From Desulfovibrio sp. X2 (GTDB lineage Bacteria; Desulfobacterota; Desulfovibrionia; Desulfovibrionales; Desulfovibrionaceae), in the NCBI RefSeq assembly GCF_000422205.1, contig NZ_ATHV01000041.1, forward strand, positions 1-24,000: a DNA stretch of 24,000 nucleotides, read 5' to 3'. The notes beneath the pieces are model-generated. The model had not been told where the DNA came from, did not search any database, and saw nothing but the letters and a program-made list of their open reading frames with translations. Every line of letters starts with the position of its first letter. Positions within the stretch are counted from its first letter, which is position 1. The position numbers were made by a program, and so were the translations under genes. Positions 1 through 9,570 of the stretch are shown here, piece by piece.

Positions 1-42
1 ACCATCTCCTTTGCCTGCGGCGAGAACAGCGGGCGCCTTTGA
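1..42 (+). CDS. 3' end of an unidentified CDS entering from the left edge (partial)
   Basis: Frame 1 is open from base 1 to TGA at 40-42 (TISFACGENSGRL*). 11 of 13 codons end in G/C, like the real genes here. Too short to identify. Confidence 0.25.
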   Translation, partial: TISFACGENSGRL

Positions 43-135
43 AGACCCTCGGCAAAGGAGAGGGAGAAGGGGAAGTTTCAACCGGTTCGGTCGATTACGT
101 GCGAGGGGTTCGGGGAATCTTCCCCGACGGCAACG

Positions 136-183
136 GTGCCCGAGCTTTTCCCGCGCGCCTTGGCGCGGGAAAAGCTCGGGCAC
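136..183. terminator. 21-bp perfect inverted repeat (stem-loop); possible terminator for the left-edge gene, or a structured RNA/palindromic element
   Basis: GTGCCCGAGCTTTTCCCGCGC (136-156), loop GCCTTG, GCGCGGGAAAAGCTCGGGCAC (163-183). The arms are exact reverse complements. Followed by ACTTCGGTTTCG, only a weak T tract. Confidence 0.35.
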
Positions 184-280
184 TTCGGTTTCGCGGCCCG
201 CCACGCCCAGGCGTCGTCTGTCAGGTCGTCGGTCGTGCCGGAGCGAAACCGGTCGAGGCTGAGCCTCGCGCAGGGTGGGT

Positions 281-311
281 GCAGGGAGGGGGCGCGCAGC
301 CCCCTCCCTGC
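281..311 (-). terminator. GC-rich hairpin just downstream of the ridA stop; likely end of the minus-strand operon
   Basis: GCAGGGAGGGGGC (281-293), loop GCGCA, GCCCCCTCCCTGC (299-311): a 13-bp perfect stem. No U tract on either strand. Lies between convergent genes. Confidence 0.4.
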
Positions 312-333
312 CCGCCGGAGGCATCCCCCGGCA

Positions 334-720
334 TTACTCCGTGACGACGGCCACGGCCTCCACCTCGACGCGGGCGCCCTTGGGCAGGCCAGCGACCTGG
401 AAGGTGGAGCGGGCGGGGCAATCGGCGGTGAAGAACTTGGCGTAGACGGTGTTGAAGGCGGCGAAGTCGGCGAGGTCGGCGAGGAAGCAGGTGGTCTTGA
501 CCACGCCTTCGAGGCTCGAGCCCGCGGCTTCGAGCACGGCGGCGAGGTTCGTGAGGGACTGCTCGGCCTGTTCGGCGATGCCGCCGGGCACGAGCTCGCC
601 GGTCTTCGGGTCCAGGGGGATCTGTCCGGAGCAGAAGACGAGCGAGCCGGTGCGCACGGCCTGGGAGTAGGGGCCGATGGCGGCGGGGGCCTTGGCGGTG
701 GCGATGATCTTCTTGTCCAT
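334..720 (-). CDS. ridA: RidA/YjgF/TdcF-family reactive-intermediate (enamine/imine) deaminase
   Basis: 128 aa: MDKKIIATAKAPAAIGPYSQAV...GQIPLDP.TGELV...QSLTNL..VLEAAG...VVKTTCFLADL.DFAAFN.VYA.FF....PARS..QVA.LPKGA.VEVEAVA. This is the typical RidA signature. ATG at 720, AAGGA upstream, TAA at 334-336. Nearly all codons end in G/C. Confidence 0.93.
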   Translation of the reverse strand: MDKKIIATAKAPAAIGPYSQAVRTGSLVFCSGQIPLDPKTGELVPGGIAEQAEQSLTNLAAVLEAAGSSLEGVVKTTCFLADLADFAAFNTVYAKFFTADCPARSTFQVAGLPKGARVEVEAVAVVTE

Positions 721-759
721 TTTCGGGATGTCCTTTGTGTTCGGGTGGGGGGAAATGTC

Positions 760-2565
760 TCAGCCGCCGAGCTGGCGCAGCCGGTTGAGGGAGACGGCCA
801 GGCGCGAGAGCAGCATGTTGGCCATGCCCTCGACGTGGCGGAAGTAGTCGGCCAGGGCGGCGCGGCGGGCTTCGCGGTCGTGCCCGGCGAACCAGGCCGT
901 GTGGAAGGCCTGGTTGTCGAAGTCCTCGAAGCGGCTGACGAGGTAGGAGACCGTGTTGGCCTCGAAGTGGGCGAAGACGGCCGTGGCCTGGGGCAGGGGC
1001 GTGTGGGCCGCGAGCACGGTCTGGGCCGCGGCGCGGACCTCGCGCCAGAAGGCGGCGCGCTCCACGCCGAAGGCGAGGAGCTCGCGCACGCGGCGGACGG
1101 GCAGGTGCTCCGGCAGGGACGCGGCCACGTGCGAGGGGTGGGGGACGTGCATGCCTGGCGCGGGGGGCGGCAGGGCCGGGTCCTGGTCCAGGGTGATGTC
1201 CGGGCCGAAGAGCAGGCTGTCCGGGGAGGTGTTGACGACCTCCATGCGCGAGTCGGCCATGCGCGCCAGGAGCCAGAGGGAGGCGTCGCGGAAGTTCGGG
1301 GTGGTGTAGAGGGTGCGGCCGTGCGGCAGGCGCACGGGGTAGAGCTGGGGATGGGTGCCGATGAGGGGGCGCGCGGCCAGGGAGGAGGCGCTGCCGCCGT
1401 GGATGGAGGCCGCGCTGTAGCCGAGGCGCCAGGGGTCGGGGCTTGCCAGCTGCCCGCCCACGATGATGCAGCGCGCGGCGCCGAGCAGTTCGGCCAGGGA
1501 GAAGGCGGCGGAGATCACGGAGCCGTGGCGTGGGAGCTCGGTGCCGGGCCCTGCGGCCTGCTCGATGGGGTTGCCGAAGAAGACGACGCGGTCGAAGACG
1601 CGGCGCGGCACGTGGCAGAAGCGGTGGGCCACGAGGAGCGTGTCCGGCAGGTGCGGCACGTCGGTGTAGCTTTTGGCGATCATCAGGGCCGGGTCCATGA
1701 CCAGGCAGATGTCGGGCTCGATGCCGCGGCGGACCAGGGTGCGCAGGGCGTTGTTCACGCAGATGATCAGGGCGCGGCCCTTCAGGCGGCGCAGGAGGTC
1801 GAGGCGCTCGTCCAGGTCCGGCCCGGCGCCCACGAGCACGGCCGTGCCTCCGGCGAAGCTGTCGCGCAGGGCCTCCACGTCCGGGCAGCGGGCGTAGTCG
1901 GGCAGGTTCTCGAAGCAGTGGGCGAGCTGGTCGAGGTGGTAGGGGCTGAGGGCCACGTCGCGCAGGGGGCGGCAGCGGGTCAGGTCGTGGCCGTCCAGGA
2001 CGTGGATCGCGCTGCGGTAGTAGAGGACCTCCACGTACTCCACGACCTCGCCCAGGGCCTCGAGCCAGGCCTCTTCCTCGCCGCGCGGCGCGAGCACGGC
2101 CGGGAAGCCGTGATCGAAGATGCCGCTCAGGAAGAGGCCGCCCAGGCCGAAGCGCGCGGCGGCCACGTCGCCCGTGACCCAGATCGTCTTGGGCGCGCGG
2201 CCTTCGGCCGCGCCGGACTCCTCGGCCAGGGCGGTCAGCCGGGCGCGGTCCGGGTCCACGACCACGCAGGCGGCGTCGGGGTCGTGGAGCAGGGCGTCGA
2301 GCTCCGGGGAGGGGCAGGCGCCGAGCACGAGGAAGAGTCGGGTGTCGCGGCGGAGCTCCGCGAGGTCGGTCCGGCCGTCGTAGACGGAGAAGACCGGCGG
2401 CCTGTCCGGATCGGCGAAGGGGCGGCGCAGGGCCGGGGGCACGTAGCGGAAGAGCGAGTCGTGGGACGAGGGGGCGTGTCCCTTCCCGGAACAGGGGAGG
2501 TGGGGCCCGTCCCCGCCGCAGTCGAGCAGGCCGCCTGCCTGGGCCAGTCGTTCGAGCATGTGCAT
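760..2565 (-). CDS. Maf-like (motility-accessory-factor-type) DUF115/MptE-like domain protein, putative glycosyltransferase family
   Basis: Only the C-terminal 601 aa of the 1081-aa track ORF look like a protein; the upstream part is an Arg/Pro/Gly shadow over ubiB. Start is MHMLERL at 2565, preceded by GGAAAAGGAAA. The central block GGTAVLVGAGPDLDERLDLLRRLKGRALIICVNNALRTLVRRGIEPDICLVMDP plus LPRHGSVISAAFSLAELLGAARCIIVGGQLA matches the DUF115 core as I remember it. Confidence 0.65.
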   Translation of the reverse strand: MHMLERLAQAGGLLDCGGDGPHLPCSGKGHAPSSHDSLFRYVPPALRRPFADPDRPPVFSVYDGRTDLAELRRDTRLFLVLGACPSPELDALLHDPDAACVVVDPDRARLTALAEESGAAEGRAPKTIWVTGDVAAARFGLGGLFLSGIFDHGFPAVLAPRGEEEAWLEALGEVVEYVEVLYYRSAIHVLDGHDLTRCRPLRDVALSPYHLDQLAHCFENLPDYARCPDVEALRDSFAGGTAVLVGAGPDLDERLDLLRRLKGRALIICVNNALRTLVRRGIEPDICLVMDPALMIAKSYTDVPHLPDTLLVAHRFCHVPRRVFDRVVFFGNPIEQAAGPGTELPRHGSVISAAFSLAELLGAARCIIVGGQLASPDPWRLGYSAASIHGGSASSLAARPLIGTHPQLYPVRLPHGRTLYTTPNFRDASLWLLARMADSRMEVVNTSPDSLLFGPDITLDQDPALPPPAPGMHVPHPSHVAASLPEHLPVRRVRELLAFGVERAAFWREVRAAAQTVLAAHTPLPQATAVFAHFEANTVSYLVSRFEDFDNQAFHTAWFAGHDREARRAALADYFRHVEGMANMLLSRLAVSLNRLRQLGG

Positions 2566-2609
2566 GTGTGGAGCGTTTCCTTTTCCCTGCGTCGCGTGGT
2601 CCGCGCGCC

Positions 2610-3038
2610 CTAGCCCTGGTCCTCGACCTGGGCGTTGTCCGCGTCCTCCGGGGCCAGGGTCGCGTTGCCCGCGGCAGCCGCGGCGTCCTTGGGGGCGCAG
2701 GGGCCTTGTCCGGGCTGCGGGGCGGCTGCGTCCCGCGCGGCCAGGGCGGCTTCGAGGCGCTCGACGCGCGCGCGCAGCTCGTCCAGTTCCCGGGCGCCGG
2801 CCAGGCCGTTCTCGCGGGCGAAGGCGGCGACCTCGTCGTGCAGGGCGGCCCGGCCGCGCCGCTCGGCCCGGGAGAGCCGCTCGGACACGGCGCGGGCGAG
2901 CTCGGCGGCCTCGTCGCGGGCCTGCCCGGCCATGCCGCCGAGGTTCTCGGCCAGGCGCGAGGCGGCCTCCTCCGCGCCTTCCTTGACGGTCAGGCCGAGG
3001 CCGAGGCCCATGATGAATCCCTTGCTGAAGACGTCCAT
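2610..3038 (-). CDS. Phasin-like coiled-coil protein (COG3937-type 'PHA synthesis regulator phasin'-like)
   Basis: 142 aa. The N-terminus MDVFSKGFIMGLGLGLTVKEGAEEAASRLAE and the later ELDELRARVERLEAAL heptad-like segment resemble phasin-family small proteins. ATG at 3038 with GTGAGG 7 nt upstream, 9 nt after the kinase stop. The tail is Ala/Pro-rich. Confidence 0.55.
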   Translation of the reverse strand: MDVFSKGFIMGLGLGLTVKEGAEEAASRLAENLGGMAGQARDEAAELARAVSERLSRAERRGRAALHDEVAAFARENGLAGARELDELRARVERLEAALAARDAAAPQPGQGPCAPKDAAAAAGNATLAPEDADNAQVEDQG

Positions 3039-3047
3039 GGCGTAGCC

Positions 3048-4715
3048 TCACTTCTTGCGTTTGAGGAGGTGCACCACCAGCCACATGCCGAACAGGCCGG
3101 AGATGGTGAAGCCGGTCAGGCCGAAGATCGGCGTGTCGTTCCAGCTCGGGCCGATGCCCGAGATGTAGATCAGGGAGGAGCCGATGACCAGGGAGGCGGC
3201 CACGAGGCCCGCGGCGATGACGTAAGCCAGGCCGCGCAGGTTGGCCATCTGCTGCTCCACGCCCGCCTGGCGCAGGGTGATGGAGACCTGCCCGGCCTCG
3301 ACCATCTCCAGGACGTGGGCGGCCTTGCCCGGCAGTCCGGCGAGCTGGCGCAGCGACTCCTGGACGTCGCCGAAGAGCGGCTTGTCCGAGAAGAGGATGG
3401 AGGCGCGGCGCGCGACGTAGGCCAGGCCCATGGGCTTCAGGGCCGCCAGGGTGTCGAAGTCCGGCTTGACGATGCGGCCGCAGGCCTCGGTGGAGACCAG
3501 GGCGCGGCCCATGAGGATGTAGTCGGAGCGCAGGCGGATGCCGTGCCCGGCGCAGGTCTGGGCCATGTCCAGGAGGAAGCGGCCGAAGTCCGGGCCTCGG
3601 CCCACCGGGGCGCGCAGCTTGTCCAGGACCCAGAGGATGTCGGTGACGAAGCGGTGCATGTCGAGCAGCGGCGGCACGCGCTCGGCCATCTCCAGGGCCG
3701 TGCGGGCGATGCGCCGCGCGTCGCCCTTGACGATGCCGATGATGTAGTCGACCAGCGCCTGGCGCATCTCGTCGTTCAGGCGGCCGACCATGCCCCAGTC
3801 GAAGTAGCACAGCCGCCCGTCCGGCAGGATGCGCACGTTGCCGGGGTGGGGGTCGGCGTGGAAGAAGCCGTGCTCGAGCATCTGGGAGACCACGCAGCGA
3901 AGCCCCGCGCGGGCGATGCGGTCGCGCTCCTCCTCGTCGCCCTGGTAGTCCTCGAGGCGCGTGCCGCGCAGGAACTCCATGACCAGCACCTGGGGCCGGG
4001 TCCACTCCTCCTCCACGCGCGGGGCCGTGACCGCGTCGTCGTTCGCGAAGAGCCGGCGGAAGATGATGATGTGGCGGGCCTCGCTCACGAAGTCGATCTC
4101 GCGGCGCAGGCTCTTGCGCACCTCGACCACCACCTGGGGCAGGTTCACGTTCTGCAGCGACGCCACACGCTCGTGCACGATGGAGGCCAGGGTGGCCATG
4201 ATGTCGAGGTCCGCCTCGATGGTCGCGGCGGCGCCGGGCCGCCTGACCTTGACCGCGACCTCCCGGCCGTTGTCGGCGAGCACGGCGCGGTGCACCTGGG
4301 AGAGGGAGGCCGAGGCCACGGGCTCTGTGTCGAAGCTCGAGAAGACCTCCTCCAGGGGGCGGCCGTAGGTCCGCTCCACGGCCTGGCGCACGACCTCGAA
4401 GGGCTCGCGCCTGACCTGCTCCTGCAGAAGCTTCAGCTCGTCGCAGAGATCGAGGGGGATGAGGTCCGGCCTGAGCGCGAGGATCTGGCCGATCTTCACG
4501 AAGGTCGGGCCGAGGTCCTCGAAGGCCATGCGGATCTTGGTCCAGGCCGTGGCTTCGGCGGCCTCGGCGCTCTCGGGCGCGGCCGGGCTCTTGAAGGGCA
4601 GGCGGAGCACGTCCAGGATCTCGCCGAAGCCGTACTTGGCGAGAATCACGGCGATGTCCTTGAGGCGGCCGAGCGAGGCGGCGGAACGGGTGAGGAAGGA
4701 TATGGGGGTGTCCAT
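3048..4715 (-). CDS. ABC1/AarF/UbiB-family atypical protein kinase with two C-terminal TM helices
   Basis: Family-typical blocks are present: GPTFVKIGQILALRPDLIP, ASLSQVH.A.L..G.EVAVKVRRPG, FVSEA, HGFFHADPHPGN, YFDWGMVG. The hydrophobic C-terminus ends in KRKK. Preferred start is ATG at 4715 (MDTPISFL) with GGAGA 5 nt upstream. The track start at 4745 would add 10 aa. Confidence 0.9.
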   Translation of the reverse strand: MDTPISFLTRSAASLGRLKDIAVILAKYGFGEILDVLRLPFKSPAAPESAEAAEATAWTKIRMAFEDLGPTFVKIGQILALRPDLIPLDLCDELKLLQEQVRREPFEVVRQAVERTYGRPLEEVFSSFDTEPVASASLSQVHRAVLADNGREVAVKVRRPGAAATIEADLDIMATLASIVHERVASLQNVNLPQVVVEVRKSLRREIDFVSEARHIIIFRRLFANDDAVTAPRVEEEWTRPQVLVMEFLRGTRLEDYQGDEEERDRIARAGLRCVVSQMLEHGFFHADPHPGNVRILPDGRLCYFDWGMVGRLNDEMRQALVDYIIGIVKGDARRIARTALEMAERVPPLLDMHRFVTDILWVLDKLRAPVGRGPDFGRFLLDMAQTCAGHGIRLRSDYILMGRALVSTEACGRIVKPDFDTLAALKPMGLAYVARRASILFSDKPLFGDVQESLRQLAGLPGKAAHVLEMVEAGQVSITLRQAGVEQQMANLRGLAYVIAAGLVAASLVIGSSLIYISGIGPSWNDTPIFGLTGFTISGLFGMWLVVHLLKRKK

Positions 4716-5030
4716 GCGCGTCTCCGGCGGAAAACCTAGCATCAATTTTTCTCCAAGGCTACGCGCGCGGCGCGCCGGACGGGTGCGGAACGGGCGGGCA
4801 GCGGGGACGACGGGCCGCGCGTCTCCGCGCTACCCCGGCGCGGCGCCCGGGTGCCCCCGCGTTCTGGGCGTGCGGTCCCTGACGGCCGCCTGTCGCGCTC
4901 CTGTCCCCTTTCCGTCCCTTTCCGGGGCCCGCCTGTCGGCAAAGCGGCCGCGCCATGCGTTGTATCTCGTGGGGAAGTCTGTCCGCCGCCTGTTTTTGTT
5001 CCGGGAACGGCCCGTTCGGGCCGGATGTCC

Positions 5031-5059
5031 TTGCCAGTGCGGTGGAAAGTGATTATTTT
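5031..5059 (+). promoter_or_regulatory. Sigma70-type promoter candidate for the BI-1/YccA-family gene
   Basis: TTGCCA (5031-5036), a 17-nt spacer, then TATTTT (5054-5059) inside an AT-rich patch. GGAGGAAAA Shine-Dalgarno lies before the ATG at 5095. Confidence 0.45.
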
Positions 5060-5094
5060 TCAAAATTGAATCAACCAAACGGAGGAAAACGGCA

Positions 5095-5802
5095 ATGAAT
5101 CGATTCGGCACAATGCGCCAGGCGCAGGTCGGGACCGAGGTCCTGAGCGAGTTCATGCGCGGCGTCTACGGCTGGATGAGCGCGGGGCTCATGCTGACCG
5201 CTGCCGCGGCCATCTATACGGCGTCGAGCCCGGCCATGATCCAGGCCATCTTCGGCAACAGCATCCTGCTCATCGTGCTGCTGGTGGCCGAGGTCGGCCT
5301 CGTCTTCGCCATCTCCGGCGCCATCAACCGCCTCTCCGCGACCACGGCCACGGGCCTCTTCCTGCTCTACAGCGTGCTCAACGGCGTGACGCTCTCGTCC
5401 ATCTTCCTGGTCTACTCCATGGCCGCCATCTACAAGGCCTTCCTCACGGCGGGCGGCATGTTCGGCGCCATGAGCATCTACGGCTACGTGACCAAGAAGG
5501 ACCTCTCCTCCTGGGGCAGCTTCCTGTTCATGGGCCTCATCGGCGTGGTCATCGCCATGGTGGTGAACATGTTCCTGAGGAGCCCGGGGCTCGACTTCGT
5601 GATCTCTGGCGTGGGCGTGCTGGTCTTCGTGGGCCTCACGGCCTACGATACGCAGCGCCTGCGCTACATGGCCGCCACCGCGCCCATGGGCGACGCCACG
5701 GTCATGCGCCGCGGCGCCATCATGGGAGCGCTGCAGCTCTACCTCGACTTCATCAACCTCTTCCTCATGCTGCTGAGCCTCTTCGGCGGACGCCGCCAAT
5801 AA
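5095..5802 (+). CDS. BAX inhibitor-1/YccA-family integral membrane protein
   Basis: 235 aa and multi-TM. The N-terminal F.R.VY.WM..GL..T and the C-terminal YDTQ.L....A......GA..LYLDFINLFL..L..FG motif are typical of the BI-1/YccA/YbhL family. Good SD. Confidence 0.9.
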   Translation: MNRFGTMRQAQVGTEVLSEFMRGVYGWMSAGLMLTAAAAIYTASSPAMIQAIFGNSILLIVLLVAEVGLVFAISGAINRLSATTATGLFLLYSVLNGVTLSSIFLVYSMAAIYKAFLTAGGMFGAMSIYGYVTKKDLSSWGSFLFMGLIGVVIAMVVNMFLRSPGLDFVISGVGVLVFVGLTAYDTQRLRYMAATAPMGDATVMRRGAIMGALQLYLDFINLFLMLLSLFGGRRQ

Positions 5803-5813
5803 TCTCCGCGCTT

Positions 5814-5842
5814 CCCGCCGGGAGGATTCCCCTCCCGGCGGG
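5814..5842 (+). terminator. Hairpin after the BI-1-family gene
   Basis: CCCGCCGGGAGG (5814-5825), loop ATTCC, CCTCCCGGCGGG (5831-5842): a 12-bp perfect stem starting 12 nt after the stop. No T tract. Confidence 0.4.
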
Positions 5843-5866
5843 ACCCTGAACCCCCCGGATCTCCCC

Positions 5867-6953
5867 ATGGCCGACGCGCACCGCCTCCTCGACCGCTTCG
5901 GTCCCTTGCTCGCGCCCGCGGGCGCGGCCTGGGCCGGGCTCATGCGCCTGCGCGAGGGCTTCTACGCGGCCGGTGCCTTTCCGCGCCTGCTGCTGCCCGC
6001 TCCGGTCTGCTCCGTGGGCAACGTGGCCATGGGCGGCACGGGCAAGACCCCGCTGACGCTCTGGCTCTGCCGCCGGGCCGTGGAGGAGGGGCTTCGGCCC
6101 GTGGTGCTCACGCGCGGCTACGGCGCGCATCCGCCCCGCCTGCCCTGGCTGGTGAGCCCCACGGACGACCCGGCCGAATCCGGCGACGAGCCCCTGCTGC
6201 TCTCCCGGTCCTGCCCGGGCGCCCGGGTGGTGGTGGATCCGGTGCGGCGGCGCGGCGGGGCCTACGCGGCGGAGAACCTCTCCCCGGACCTCTTCCTGCT
6301 CGACGACGGATTCCAGCACCTGGCCGTGGCCCGGGACCTGAACCTCTGCCTGCTCCGGCCCGAGGACCTGGGCGAGGCCTGGGGGCGGACCTTCCCGGCG
6401 GGCTACTGGCGCGAGGGCACGGCGGCGCTCGAGCGCGCCGACGCCTTCGTGCTGAAGACTCCTGACGGGAGCCTCGATGCTGTGGGCAGGGCCGTGCGCG
6501 AGCGGCTTGCGCCCTACGCCAGGCCGATCTTCGCCTTCTTCCTCGCCCCGGCGGGGCTTCGCCCCCTCACTGGCGGGCCCGCGCGGACGGACCTCGAGCG
6601 CGAGCCCTACGTGGTGGCCTGCGGCGTGGCCCATCCCGCCCAGGTGGCGGCCACGGCCGAGGCGTTTCTCGGCTATCCGCCCGAGGAGGTGCTGGCCTTC
6701 GCCGACCACCACGGCTTCAGCGGCGAGGACGCCGCCCGCATAGCCTCCGCCGCGGGGCGCGCGGGCGCGCGCCACGTGGTGGTCACGGCCAAGGACGCCG
6801 TGAAGCTCGGCGGGCCCGGGGCGGGGAGCATCTCCTCCCTGGTCAGCGTGCTCGAGGTCGAGGCCCGCTTCGGGGAACGCCTTTTCTCGGATGAAACCTT
6901 CGAAACATTCGCGCAGCGCCGCCTCTTCGCCGCGGCGCGCGCCGGGAGGACGC

Positions 6954-6967
<14 letters not shown>
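5867..6967 (+). CDS. lpxK: Tetraacyldisaccharide 4'-kinase (lipid A biosynthesis)
   Basis: 366 aa. Contains VCSVGNVAMGGTGKTPLTLWL (LpxK P-loop context), VLTRGYG, GDEPLLL and LLDDGFQH. Confidence 0.9.
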
Positions 6968-9566
<2,599 letters not shown>

Positions 9567-9570
9567 GCGC

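Noticed and set aside
136-2613. 825-aa + strand ORF
   Set aside because: It is antisense to ridA and the Maf-like gene. Its translation is Gly/Ala/Arg/Glu low-complexity with no motifs. This is a typical GC-driven shadow frame.
2566-4005. Upstream 480 aa of the 1081-aa minus-strand ORF 760-4005
   Set aside because: It is an Arg/Pro/Gly-rich off-frame read-through across the phasin-like and kinase genes. The real protein starts at MHMLERL (2565), which has an RBS.
2568-4739. 723-aa + strand ORF, plus 2558-2986, 2635-3045, 3961-4368 and 4459-5052
   Set aside because: All are antisense or off-frame to the well-supported ABC1 kinase and phasin-like genes. Their composition is low-complexity.
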